In this document: one piece after another, positions 1-9,124 of the stretch
Numbering within the stretch: the stretch's first letter is position 1
How the letters are laid out: each line of letters opens with the position of its first letter
NCBI GenBank assembly: GCA_040216735.1
Contig: JAVJOO010000004.1
Location: 121,396-185,395, forward strand
Source of the DNA: Alphaproteobacteria bacterium
GTDB taxonomy: Bacteria; Pseudomonadota; Alphaproteobacteria; SHVP01
Direction: 5' to 3'
Length of the DNA stretch: 64,000 nucleotides
Position numbers and translations under genes: made by a program
Notes under the pieces: model-generated
What the model saw: the letters and a program-made list of their open reading frames with translations, nothing else
Told to the model about the DNA's origin: nothing
Databases searched by the model: none

Positions 1-199
1 GGGAGGGCAGGGCTCTACCACATTTTGTGACAAATCAAGGTCATAACACGGGATCTACCCTTCAGCGCGGCGGATCGGCCAGAGGCGAAAGGCAACCCGG
101 AAAAAAGGAGACTTTGGGCATCGACTGAATAGCGCCTAGCATGGGCGGCAGGAAAGGCTTCTCTGCGGGCCGATGGCCTGGGGGACGGGGGTAAAGCCG

Positions 200-448
200 A
201 TGGCCGACCAGAAACGGTTCGAAGTTGTCGTCTACAATCGCGACGTGCGCGAACTCGTTGCGCGGCATGAACGTCACAAAGACCTCAAGGACGCCTGGGC
301 CGAGAACCACTACCAGGAGGTCCGCGCAACGAGTGAAGATGAGGCACGGCGCAAGATCGAGGTCCGTCACCCCGCCCATAAGGGCTTCGTGGTCGAGGCG
401 GTGCGCGAGATTCAGGCCTACGATGATGACGATGACGATGCGCCCTGA
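200..448 (+). CDS. Small hypothetical protein (about 82 aa) with a poly-Asp C-terminal tail (DDDDDDAP)
   Basis: ORF 173..448. An internal ATG at 200 is preceded by a GGGGG Shine-Dalgarno-like run. Third-position GC matches the genome. No family recognised. Confidence 0.4.
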   Translation: MADQKRFEVVVYNRDVRELVARHERHKDLKDAWAENHYQEVRATSEDEARRKIEVRHPAHKGFVVEAVREIQAYDDDDDDAP

Positions 449-531
449 CGGGCGACGAAGCGTCCTTAACCGCCTGTTAATCGACCGGGGATAATCTTGT
501 CGGCATCGGTTACCGGAGTAGGTGTAGGCCA

Positions 532-774
532 ATGCTCATCGGCGCGCGGCGCTACGTTATCGTGGGCTTTGTTCTTCTGTTGGGCGGATGTGGCACGTCG
601 TTTTCGTGCGGTTCCGAATTCGGCGCCCCGCCGGAGCGCGCTTTCTGGTGTGCGCCGGCCGCGGACCTCGGCAAGTTTTTCGAGGTGCCGCCGCCGCCAC
701 CTAAACCTGCGCCGGCCACGGTTTCCTGCACGAAGACCCTGGGCGAACGCGACTGCGTGGCCACAGGGGCCTAA
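532..774 (+). CDS. Putative small lipoprotein, proline-rich
   Basis: N-terminus MLIGARRYVIVGFVLLLGGCGT has a signal peptide and a lipobox-like LLGGC. A PPPPPKPAPA stretch follows. Weak AGGTG Shine-Dalgarno upstream. Confidence 0.4.
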   Translation: MLIGARRYVIVGFVLLLGGCGTSFSCGSEFGAPPERAFWCAPAADLGKFFEVPPPPPKPAPATVSCTKTLGERDCVATGA

Positions 775-782
775 CATCGCGC

Positions 783-1829
783 CTACTCGTTTCGCTCAAC
801 GGCGACAGATTTGATCAACGCCGTCACCCGACGGCCCGGTTCCAGCCCCAGCTCGACGACCGAACGTTCGGTGATCCGCGCCAAGATCGTTACGCCCACA
901 TCGACCTGAATCTCGCGGTGGGCACGGTGTCGTTCGCCAAGCGCTGTGACGATTCCCGGCAAGCAGTTGAGCGTACTGATCTCGGTCGGCGCCGACGTCG
1001 CGATCGCCACATCGCGCGCCTGAATGCGCAATCGCAATGCGGTTCCAACCGCCCCTGGCACCGCCGGCACGATGAGGCGCCCCCCGGCGAATGCGACCGT
1101 TGTGAGGTGATAGGCCGTATCCTGACTCTCGATGGTGCCTGCCAAGACTGTTCCTGCATCGGAGCGGGCGATTAGCGGTGCCAGATCGAGCCGAGCGGTG
1201 ATCTCCTGCACATTACCGGCGGCCAGAACCCTCCCCTGATCCATCACGATAAGCGTGTCGGCAAGCCGGGCGATTTCTTCGATGGCGTGGCTTACATAGA
1301 CGATGGGCAGCGCAAGGTCGCGGCACAGTCCCTCGAGGAAGGGAAGGATCTCTCCGCGGCGGGCCGCATCAAGGTTGGCCAGTGGTTCGTCCATCAGCAA
1401 AAGCCGGGGACGCGAGAGGACGGCGCGGCCGATCGCGACACGTTGCTTTTCACCGCCCGACAGGCGGTGCGGCAGTCGAGAAAGGAGCGGCGCCAAACCA
1501 AGCAGGTCGACAACGTCGTCGAACGTAGGTTGGGGCCCCGGCAGCGCCCTACGCCGGCGACCGTAGACGAGATTGCGTCGCACGGTGAGATGGGGAAATA
1601 GGCGATCCTCTTGGAAGACGTAGCCGATGCCCCGGTGTTCGGTCGCCAAACTGACGCGGGCCGTTGAATCGAAGAGCGTCACGTCGTCCACCGCGATGCG
1701 GCCCGTATCGGGGCGCATCAAGCCGGCAATGGCGTTGACGACTGATGTCTTGCCCGCGCCCGACGCGCCGAACAGGGCGGTCACGCCGTCCCCCGATTCG
1801 AAGGTCGCATCGAGGGTAAAAGCGCCCAT
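783..1829 (-). CDS. modC: Molybdate ABC transporter ATP-binding protein ModC with C-terminal TOBE domain
   Basis: Walker A GASGAGKTS, ABC signature LSGGEKQRVAIGRA and Walker B LLLMDEPLANLD, plus a C-terminal TOBE-like region. Real start is M260 of the 607-aa track ORF (ATG at 1829); the upstream 259 aa are an Arg-rich artefact. Confidence 0.85.
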   Translation of the reverse strand: MGAFTLDATFESGDGVTALFGASGAGKTSVVNAIAGLMRPDTGRIAVDDVTLFDSTARVSLATEHRGIGYVFQEDRLFPHLTVRRNLVYGRRRRALPGPQPTFDDVVDLLGLAPLLSRLPHRLSGGEKQRVAIGRAVLSRPRLLLMDEPLANLDAARRGEILPFLEGLCRDLALPIVYVSHAIEEIARLADTLIVMDQGRVLAAGNVQEITARLDLAPLIARSDAGTVLAGTIESQDTAYHLTTVAFAGGRLIVPAVPGAVGTALRLRIQARDVAIATSAPTEISTLNCLPGIVTALGERHRAHREIQVDVGVTILARITERSVVELGLEPGRRVTALIKSVAVERNE

Positions 1830-1852
1830 GGCTTTGCGGATGTCGACGCGAA

Positions 1853-2554
1853 TCACAAGGGGCCGCCCCGGATTCGTGCAGCCACACGGCGGCTCAGGAA
1901 TTCCGACAGCACCAATGCGAGCAAGGCCACGCCGATCGAGATCAAGACCAAGCGTAAAATGGCCGCGTCCGATCCTGGAATTTGCGTCAGGTTGTAGATC
2001 GCCAGCGGTAGGGTGCGGGTCTCGCCCGGAATATTCGAAACAAACGTAATCGTTGCGCCGAACTCGCCCAGGGAGCGGGCGAATGCGAGGACTGTGCCCG
2101 ACAGGATGCCGGGCAGCGCCAGCGGCAGCGTAATGGTGGCGAACACCCGCACCGGACCCGCGCCAAGCGTGCGCGCCGCGGTCTCGATCCGTTTGTCGAT
2201 CGCCTCGATCGATAAGCGAATGGCGCGTACCATCAGCGGGAAGGCCATCACCCCGGCGGCAACGGCAGCTCCTTTCCAGTTGAAGGCCAGCACGACACCG
2301 AAGGTATCGTACAGAAACGCTCCCACGACGCCTTGACGTCCGAACAGAACAAGCAGCGTGTAACCGACGATCACGGGCGGCACAACCAAAGGTAGGTGGA
2401 GGAGCCCGTCGACCAGCGCTTTGCCGGGAAACCTCGCCCGGGCGAGCAGCCAGGCGGCGAGGACTGCGGGGGGCAGTCCGACGAGGACGGCCCAGAGCGC
2501 GACACGCAGCGACAGCAAGACGACCTCGATCTCTTCGGCCGATAGCACCGTCAT
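1853..2554 (-). CDS. modB: Molybdate ABC transporter permease ModB
   Basis: ABC permease (EAA-type motif region LAFARSLGEFGATITFVSNIPG), multiple TM segments. Starts at MTVLSAEE. Four-nt overlap with the modA stop. Confidence 0.85.
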   Translation of the reverse strand: MTVLSAEEIEVVLLSLRVALWAVLVGLPPAVLAAWLLARARFPGKALVDGLLHLPLVVPPVIVGYTLLVLFGRQGVVGAFLYDTFGVVLAFNWKGAAVAAGVMAFPLMVRAIRLSIEAIDKRIETAARTLGAGPVRVFATITLPLALPGILSGTVLAFARSLGEFGATITFVSNIPGETRTLPLAIYNLTQIPGSDAAILRLVLISIGVALLALVLSEFLSRRVAARIRGGPL

Positions 2555-3330
2555 GCCTCCGGGAGAAAGCGAAAGCCGAAGCGTTCGAAGACATCTCGTG
2601 CCGCATTCGATGTCAGGTAATGCAAAAACGCTTCGCTTCCGGTCGTCGCGTTGCCGGCGACGGTGGCGATATCGTAGCGGATGGCCTCGTGCGTCCCGGC
2701 GGGGAAGGTGCCGACGATGCGCACGGCATCGCTCAGCGCGGCATCGGTGCGATACACAATGCCGAGCGGAGTTTCGCCGCGCGCCACGAAGGTGAGCGCG
2801 GCGACAGCGTCGCCCGCAGGGGCTAACCGGTTCGCGACCGTGTGCCACACGCCGAGTGTTTCCAAGGCTTGTTTGGCGTAGAGCCCAGCCGGTACATGCG
2901 TGGGATCGCCGATCGCCAGGCGGCCGTCGGACCCCAACGCTGCCGCGACGGCGAAACCGGGCGCGGGCTCCAGCGGTTCGGTGCGCGCCGCGGGCGCAAT
3001 CAAGACAAGGTCGTTGCCCAACAGGGCGACGGTGTGGGCTGGGTCAACGACGTCCTTCGCCGCGAGGAACGCGATCCAGCGTGGATGGGCCGCGATGTAG
3101 AGATGGGCGGGCGCGCCGCGAGCGATCTGTTGCGCCAGGGCCGAACTTGCCGCGCCCGATACGGTAACGGCGACCCCGGTCTGCGCCGTGAAATCCTTCG
3201 CGGCCGCCTGAACCGCCTGGGCTACGCTTGCCGCGGCGAAGACTAGGACCGGCTGCGCTGCGCGCACCGGTCCCACGCTTCCAAGAAGGGCGGCAACGAC
3301 AGCGATACACAGCGCGCGGACGGCAATCAT
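2551..3330 (-). CDS. modA: Molybdate-binding periplasmic protein ModA
   Basis: Signal peptide MIAVRALCIAVVAALLGSVGPVRAA followed by a ModA-like binding-protein fold. First gene of the mod operon on the minus strand. Confidence 0.8.
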   Translation of the reverse strand: MIAVRALCIAVVAALLGSVGPVRAAQPVLVFAAASVAQAVQAAAKDFTAQTGVAVTVSGAASSALAQQIARGAPAHLYIAAHPRWIAFLAAKDVVDPAHTVALLGNDLVLIAPAARTEPLEPAPGFAVAAALGSDGRLAIGDPTHVPAGLYAKQALETLGVWHTVANRLAPAGDAVAALTFVARGETPLGIVYRTDAALSDAVRIVGTFPAGTHEAIRYDIATVAGNATTGSEAFLHYLTSNAARDVFERFGFRFLPEA

Positions 3331-3417
3331 CGGCGTAATATACGGCCATATATAACGCTGGGCGAAAAGAAAGGGCTGTCCGTGCAACCCTTTCTTTGCC
3401 GGCTTAAGTGCTCGCCG

Positions 3418-3807
3418 TTAGGTCCAGGTCTTACGGGCCGGCGATTTGATTTCAATCTGCGCGCATTCCTCCAGTGCTTCTGAGAAATGCGGCACGCCTG
3501 GCGGGTGGCGCCACACGTCGCCCGGACCGGCGATGAATTCTTTGTCGCCGATCTTCATCTTGAGTTTGCCGTAGAGCAGCGTCGCAACCGATTCGTGGTC
3601 GTCATGCTGGTGGATCGGGTCGATCAGGCCTTTGCCGCGCCAGGCTTTGAGCACCAGCATGTTCTCGGTCACCATTAACACCTTGAGCTTAAGCTCGCCC
3701 TGTTCGACCGCGCCTTCGACGGCGTGGATATCTTCCTCGGGGATGTCCTTGTCGGCGCGATAGAGGACATCCATCGGCGTCATCATGCGGTCTGCGGGTC
3801 CGTTCAT
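3418..3807 (-). CDS. Cupin-domain protein (paralog of 62184..62549)
   Basis: Cupin-like motifs HDDHESVATLL and GDVWRHPPGVPH. Ends in IEIKSPARKTWT, identical to the end of the ORF at 62166..62549. GGAGA Shine-Dalgarno before M6. Start uncertain (3807, 3822 or 3786). Confidence 0.6.
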   Translation of the reverse strand: MNGPADRMMTPMDVLYRADKDIPEEDIHAVEGAVEQGELKLKVLMVTENMLVLKAWRGKGLIDPIHQHDDHESVATLLYGKLKMKIGDKEFIAGPGDVWRHPPGVPHFSEALEECAQIEIKSPARKTWT

Positions 3808-3861
3808 TTTCTGCGTCTCCATTCGTAATGGGGTGGTGAAGTCCCTGAGGGTGATAGAGCG

Positions 3862-4251
3862 TTAGGCCGGGCGGTCGTCCGGATCGTAGTAATGGATTTC
3901 GAGGACGGTGCAGCCGGTATCGCTCGCGACCGGCCCGTGCCACGACCCAGGTGGGCGAACGGCGTAGGTCAGGGGCCCGAAACTTTCGCCACCCTTACCT
4001 TGCGCATCGTTCCCGACCCGCAGGTCGCCCTTGAACAAGAAGACCTCTTCCCAATAGTCGTGGACGAAGGGTTCGGTCGTGTAGGTGCCGGCGGCGATGG
4101 TCAGGACGCGGGTCCGGCTGCCGGTTTTGTTCTTCTCATCCAGGCTGCCGGAGATGATCTTTTGCTTGATCCCCTCAGGATAGCCCGCCGGCGTTTCCCA
4201 CCCGGTGGCCATGTCGAGCTCATAGAATTCGTGGTGTTCTTTTGGGATCAT
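3862..4251 (-). CDS. Cupin-2 domain protein (ChrR-like C-terminal cupin)
   Basis: Cupin beta-barrel pattern (GSRTRVLTIAAGTYTTEPFVHDYWEEVFLFKGDL...GPLTYAVRPPGSWHGP). 129 aa. Confidence 0.55.
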   Translation of the reverse strand: MIPKEHHEFYELDMATGWETPAGYPEGIKQKIISGSLDEKNKTGSRTRVLTIAAGTYTTEPFVHDYWEEVFLFKGDLRVGNDAQGKGGESFGPLTYAVRPPGSWHGPVASDTGCTVLEIHYYDPDDRPA

Positions 4252-4375
4252 GCCCGTTCCTCCCCGCTATTTTGCCGCAGTCTAGCGGGCGTCTGCGCAC
4301 CTCGCTAGCGAAGCGCACCCCATAGATGCCGTTTTCTGCCATACTGGGGCCTCGCACCACGGAAGGGAGCCTCCG

Positions 4376-5524
4376 ATGTCGTTGCAAGCCCATCACCCCA
4401 TGTTGCCCGAACCGACCCACGATGAAGAGTCGCGGCAGGTCTTCATGAAGAGTATGCGCGAACACGTAACCGGTACGGTCACCGCGGGGAACAAGACGAT
4501 CTACGAAGGTGCCGCGAAAAAATCCTTCGAACGTGCGATGGGCCGTCCGCCGCGCAATCGCCAGGAAGTGCGCAAGGCGATGATCGCCGAACCCTATCAC
4601 CGGTATTGGAGCGCGTTCATGCGCACCACGCAGGAGATGATGTGGGATTCGGTGGGCGCAACGGTTGGCCGCACGATCGACGACCTGAACGGACGCGCAA
4701 AGAAGCGTGGCCGGACCAAGGGAACGCTGCGCCTGAACCCCGACCTGCCGCTGCCACGTTACGTGACCGCGGTCGATATCCATTGCATGCCCGGCAACTA
4801 CACGACCGACGCGGCGCCGGACGACGTTTCCGCCGGCGCGCTCTATGACCGGGGCGTTTATCTCTACATGATGGGCGGTATGGGCGCGCACAACGAGTCC
4901 TGCGGCGCCACGCTGGTCGACCACCTCCAGACCAACTATGCAGACTTTGCACCGCGACGCATTCTCGACATGGGATGCGCCGTTGGGCACTCGACGTTGC
5001 CCTATGTCGACGCCTTTCCGGACGCCGAGGTGCACGCGATCGACGTTGGTGCGCCGATGCTGCGCTACGCTCACGCCCGCGCCGAGGGTCTGGGCAAGAC
5101 GGTGCATTTTTCGCAGCAGAACGCCGAGCGCACCGACTTTCCCGATCAGTCCTTCGATCTCATCGTCTCGCACATCGCGCTGCACGAAACCTCATCCAAG
5201 GCAATGCGTAATATCATGGCCGAAAGCCGGCGCCTATTGCGGCCCGGCGGCATGGCGCTGCATCTCGAAGTGCCGCCGTTCGACGGCAAGGATCCGTTCG
5301 ACCAGTACCTGACCGACTGGGACACCCACTACAACGCCGAACCGTTCATCGGCACGTTGCACGATTTCGATTTGCGCAAACTCATGCAGGACTCGGGCTT
5401 CGGGCATAACGAAGTGATCATGGACACGATCCCGGTCCACGTCAGCACCGACGACGGCAACGGCAACTACACCCACCATGTCGGTGGCTACCTACTAGCG
5501 CACGGCGGCAAGCGGGGGGCGTAA
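4376..5524 (+). CDS. Class I SAM-dependent methyltransferase with a roughly 190-aa N-terminal extension (paralog of 25824..26978)
   Basis: Motif I ILDMGCAVGHSTLP and post-I acidic residue (VHAIDVGAPM) fit the Rossmann MTase fold. GGGAG Shine-Dalgarno 7 nt upstream of the ATG. The N-terminal half is conserved with the paralog but I do not recognise it. Confidence 0.7.
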   Translation: MSLQAHHPMLPEPTHDEESRQVFMKSMREHVTGTVTAGNKTIYEGAAKKSFERAMGRPPRNRQEVRKAMIAEPYHRYWSAFMRTTQEMMWDSVGATVGRTIDDLNGRAKKRGRTKGTLRLNPDLPLPRYVTAVDIHCMPGNYTTDAAPDDVSAGALYDRGVYLYMMGGMGAHNESCGATLVDHLQTNYADFAPRRILDMGCAVGHSTLPYVDAFPDAEVHAIDVGAPMLRYAHARAEGLGKTVHFSQQNAERTDFPDQSFDLIVSHIALHETSSKAMRNIMAESRRLLRPGGMALHLEVPPFDGKDPFDQYLTDWDTHYNAEPFIGTLHDFDLRKLMQDSGFGHNEVIMDTIPVHVSTDDGNGNYTHHVGGYLLAHGGKRGA

Positions 5525-5561
5525 CTGCGAGACCGCTCGCGACCACAGGCCAACCCAAACT

Positions 5562-5671
5562 CCTCCTCTCGGTAGAGGGGGAGGTCCAACCGCAGGCCGG
5601 GGAGGGGGCGGTGGCGAGCTTTTGTCAACAACCCCACCCTTGTCCTTCCCGTCATATCAGGGGACGGAAGG
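5562..5671. terminator. Convergent intergenic region with two imperfect GC hairpins, possibly bidirectional terminators
   Basis: cctcctctc-ggta-gagggggagg and ccttcccgtc-atatcagg-ggacggaagg lie between the convergent methyltransferase (+) and hisI (-). No clean U-runs. Confidence 0.3.
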
Positions 5672-5728
5672 AGTCGTCCTAACGATTTCGGTCCGAGAAC
5701 CTCGACCCGAATGTCCTGCGTGGGAGCG

Positions 5729-6133
5729 TCAGGCCTTCTCGCCATAAAGCGCCTTCGGGTCGGTTTCGACGGCGGCGATTTCGGTGAACGCGCCGCCGCG
5801 CACGGCGCGGTAGAAGCAATTGCGCCGCCCGGTGTGACAGGCGACGCCGGTTTGATCGACCATCACCAGAATCGTATCGCCGTCGCAATCCAGGCGAAGT
5901 TCCTTCAGTGCCTGAATCTGGCCCGAGGTCTCGCCCTTCTTCCACAACGACTGGCGCGAACGCGACCAATAACAAACGCGGCCCGAGGCCAGCGTCTCGC
6001 GGATCGCATCCGCATTCATCCACGCCATCATCAGCACTTCGCCGGTGTCGTGCTGCTGGGCGATTGCGGGCACTAAGCCGTCGGCGTCGAACTTGGTGGC
6101 GGCGAGGAGTTGGGTTAGTGCTGTGTCGGTCAT
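5729..6133 (-). CDS. hisI: Phosphoribosyl-AMP cyclohydrolase HisI (monofunctional)
   Basis: Conserved HisI core ([53 protein letters not shown]). Real start is M67 of the track ORF. Confidence 0.8.
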   Translation of the reverse strand: MTDTALTQLLAATKFDADGLVPAIAQQHDTGEVLMMAWMNADAIRETLASGRVCYWSRSRQSLWKKGETSGQIQALKELRLDCDGDTILVMVDQTGVACHTGRRNCFYRAVRGGAFTEIAAVETDPKALYGEKA

Positions 6134-6206
6134 GGGTAACTCGGCGGTTAGAGGTCGCCGGACCATACAGCGGCGACGTGCGGTCCGCCAAACGGCGCGG
6201 TCGTGG

Positions 6207-7562
6207 TTAGCGCAGTACTTCGTCCAGAAACGCAAAGACCGTGCGCCATGCCGCGAACTGCGCGGCGGAATTGCCTTGGGGGGTGCCGCCGAACCGCACC
6301 GCGCCCGGCGTTGTGGGCCCAATGCCGTCACCGTTCAGCGTCGGCCCTGCGTCGGCGTAGTTAAGGTGACGCACGCGGGCGCCGTGGCCTGCATCGGTCA
6401 TGGCATCTGCAATTTCCCGCGCCATCCGCTCTGACGGTTGGAACCAATCGTCGGCGCCGGAGAGTAACAGAACCGGGCTCTCAATCCGTTCGACGGGAGT
6501 GCGCGCCGCGGCCACGGCTTCCTCGAAAAGCACTAGGCTCTTCTCAAGGATGTAGTAGTTGTGCCCGGTCCGGGCAAAGTCGTCGTCCCAATAGGCCAGC
6601 GGAACGTGGGGCCACAGGCGGCCGTCCTCGGTCCAGGGCGACCCGCTTTGCCTAGGGAATACGACCGAATGCGGGTTCGCTGCGACGACGGCGGCGAAGG
6701 CAGTTGGGTTTCGCGCTGCGAGCAAGAGAACGAGCCCCGCGTCCGGTCCGATCCCGAGCAGGGCGACCTTATCCGCAGCTACGTTCGGTTGTCGCTTTAC
6801 CCACAACACCGCACCGTCGAAATATTCCAATGGCACTGCATTGGATGGCGGCGGCAAGTCTTCGACCCCGGTAAAAGCGAGGGCGAGAGTAGCGTAGCCC
6901 TGGCTTGCCAAACGCAATGCGATCGTCTGCGCGGTGCGATAGCCGAATCGCCCACCGGGCACCACCACGACCGGCCAAGGCGGCGGTAAGTTCGGTGTGA
7001 CCCAGGTCCCGACCAACGCAGCGTCGCTGACCGCGCGCTGAGTAACGCCGCGCGCCGTTGTCGCAAACTCCGCGGTGGCCGAGGCCGACGTTCCGTCGGA
7101 TAACGTCGCACGCAGGCTGACCCGGTTGACGCCGTCGCGGGTGAAGAAGAACTGCGGCAACTGTTGGGCGTATTTGCCGAATCCCCACTGCACCAAACGT
7201 TCTTGGCTACGTTTCATCGACCAAAACGGGCCAAGCGCGTCGACGCCTTCGTAGCTTCCCTCGAACGGCGGTTGTCGTCCGGGATCGACCGTACCTGCAA
7301 CATCGAAGAGATAGACGTTTCGCGCCGACCAGGTATCGCCGAAGAAGTCGATTGCGCGGGTTTCAAGAACCACTTCTGTTCCTGGCACGCCGCCGCGGAT
7401 TACGACGGCGAACGGTTCACCGGCGAGAAGCAACGGGGAGGGCAGGATATCGACGGCGAGATCGGCTGACCGTGCTGGTGTCGTGTTAAGCGCGCCCGCT
7501 GCGAGTGCAACGAGCGCGAACCGAATCCATGCGGGGCGGAAGAACGCCATGGCCAACCTCAA
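6207..7562 (-). CDS. Secreted alpha/beta hydrolase of the acyl-CoA thioesterase / BAAT family
   Basis: N-terminal signal peptide ([20 protein letters not shown]). BAAT/acyl-CoA thioester hydrolase-like N- and C-terminal regions. GxSxG-type context in LLGIGPDAG. Confidence 0.55.
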   Translation of the reverse strand: MRLAMAFFRPAWIRFALVALAAGALNTTPARSADLAVDILPSPLLLAGEPFAVVIRGGVPGTEVVLETRAIDFFGDTWSARNVYLFDVAGTVDPGRQPPFEGSYEGVDALGPFWSMKRSQERLVQWGFGKYAQQLPQFFFTRDGVNRVSLRATLSDGTSASATAEFATTARGVTQRAVSDAALVGTWVTPNLPPPWPVVVVPGGRFGYRTAQTIALRLASQGYATLALAFTGVEDLPPPSNAVPLEYFDGAVLWVKRQPNVAADKVALLGIGPDAGLVLLLAARNPTAFAAVVAANPHSVVFPRQSGSPWTEDGRLWPHVPLAYWDDDFARTGHNYYILEKSLVLFEEAVAAARTPVERIESPVLLLSGADDWFQPSERMAREIADAMTDAGHGARVRHLNYADAGPTLNGDGIGPTTPGAVRFGGTPQGNSAAQFAAWRTVFAFLDEVLR

Positions 7563-7657
7563 ACCCTAGGTTGACGAACCGTAGCATTTTTGAAGGTTGG
7601 CGGGTACAGCCGCAGATCCGCGAACCATGCAAAGACCGGTCCTACGGACCGGCACGG

Positions 7658-8824
7658 TTACATCGCGGCGTTGAGGCGGTCGAAGGCGGCGGCGAGGTCG
7701 TCGATCAGGTCGTCGATGTCTTCGAGGCCGACATGGATGCGCATGCACTGGCCGCCCGGTTCCCACGTCGTCGCGGTGCGCATTTTTTCCGGCGCGGTCG
7801 GCATGCATAGGCTCTCGTAGCCGCCCCAGGATGCGCCCATGCCGAACAGCTTGAAGCCGTTGACCATCGCTTCGAGGGCGGGCCGCGGGCAGGACTTGAT
7901 GACAAAGGCGAACAAACCGCAGGCGCCGGTGAAGTCGCGTTTCCACAGCGCGTGGCCGGGGTCGTCCGGCAGCGCCGGGTGGATCACTCGCACGACCTCG
8001 GGCCGGGTTTGCAGCCATCGGGCAATGCGCAGTCCCGATTCCATATGCTGGCGCAGGCGAACGCCGATGGTGCGGATGCCGCGCGCGCCGAGATAGAGAT
8101 CGTCCGGCCCCGCGGCGAACCCCATGCTGTAGGTTGTGTCCTGTAACGCGTCCAGGCTTTCGGGGTTGGCCGTCACCGTGCCCAGCATCGCGTCGGAATG
8201 GCCGACGATGTATTTGGTCGCGGCTTGGATCGACAGATCGACGCCGTGGGCGAACGGCTTGAAGTAGATCGGCGAGGCCCACGTGTTGTCCATCAGCACT
8301 TTGGCGCCGCGTTCGTGGGCGGCGGCCGCGATCGCGGGGATATCCTGCACCTCGAACGTCAACGAGCCCGGCGATTCGGTAAACACAACCTTGGTGTTGT
8401 CTTTAATGAGACTGGCGATGTCGCCGCCGATCAGCGGATCGTAATAATCGGTGGTCACGCCGAGGCGCTTGAGCAACGTATCGCACAGCCGCCGCGTCGG
8501 CCCATACGCACTGTCCGACACGAGAAAATGCGCGCCCGTTTCCGCGTAGGTCAGGAGTGCACCCGACAGTGCGGCGAGGCCCGAGGGAAAGCTTACGCAT
8601 CCCGCGCCGCCTTCGAGTTCGGCGACGGCCTCTTCGAACGCGTGGCTCGTCGGGGTGCCGCGCCGGCCATAGGCCATCACCGGTGGCTTGCGCTCGCGCA
8701 AGCCTTCGAGTTCCGCCAGGGTTTCCACCAGGACGGTCGAGACATGGTAGACGGGCGTGTTGACGGCGCCGCCATGGCGTTCCGGATGCCGTCCCGCGCG
8801 GACGATTTTTGTATCTTCTTTCAT
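7658..8824 (-). CDS. metC: Cystathionine beta-lyase (PLP-dependent, Cys/Met metabolism family)
   Basis: Full-length similarity pattern to MetC/PatB, with the PLP-lysine region AATKYIVGHSDAMLG. Confidence 0.8.
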   Translation of the reverse strand: MKEDTKIVRAGRHPERHGGAVNTPVYHVSTVLVETLAELEGLRERKPPVMAYGRRGTPTSHAFEEAVAELEGGAGCVSFPSGLAALSGALLTYAETGAHFLVSDSAYGPTRRLCDTLLKRLGVTTDYYDPLIGGDIASLIKDNTKVVFTESPGSLTFEVQDIPAIAAAAHERGAKVLMDNTWASPIYFKPFAHGVDLSIQAATKYIVGHSDAMLGTVTANPESLDALQDTTYSMGFAAGPDDLYLGARGIRTIGVRLRQHMESGLRIARWLQTRPEVVRVIHPALPDDPGHALWKRDFTGACGLFAFVIKSCPRPALEAMVNGFKLFGMGASWGGYESLCMPTAPEKMRTATTWEPGGQCMRIHVGLEDIDDLIDDLAAAFDRLNAAM

Positions 8825-8925
8825 GGTGCGGCACTCATAGCATTGGGGGTGGAGGGGCGCTAGCGCGCGAGGTGCCTAGGCGTGAAAGTGCCAAGGCCCC
8901 GTTGCGCTGGAACGGATGACGGCGC

Positions 8926-9123
8926 TCATGCCGCGCTCTGTTTTGAGGGGCAGGGTACCGACCCGTAGGAGCAGTACACACAACAGTCGCCGGGTAGCGG
9001 ACGCAGGACCTTGCCGCAGCCCGGGCAGTCATAAAAGAACTGACAAGAATCGGTGGGCATGGTTTCGAGCGCCGAGTGCCCGCAATCGGGGCAGGTCAGG
9101 CGCGATTCGAGAACCGTCGCCAC
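8926..9123 (-). CDS. GDCCVxC-domain small zinc-ribbon protein
   Basis: CPDCG...CPGCG plus a GDCCVYCSYGSVPC motif, in 65 aa. GTG start 1 nt after the sseA stop. Confidence 0.6.
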   Translation of the reverse strand: MATVLESRLTCPDCGHSALETMPTDSCQFFYDCPGCGKVLRPLPGDCCVYCSYGSVPCPSKQSAA

Positions 9124-9124
9124 C

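Noticed and set aside
783-2606. 607-aa track ORF suggesting a large fusion protein upstream of ModC
   Set aside because: The N-terminal 259 aa are Arg/Cys-rich and overlap modB in another frame. The ModC homology starts at M260, which is where I placed the start.
8198-8863. Plus-strand 221-aa ORF inside metC
   Set aside because: It is a shadow ORF antisense to a PLP-enzyme gene with full-length homology.
8825-8925. SAM-II riboswitch upstream of metC
   Set aside because: The 100-nt leader lacks the conserved SAM-II core (AAAGCUUG / GCUAAAAAG-like elements), so I could not support a riboswitch call.
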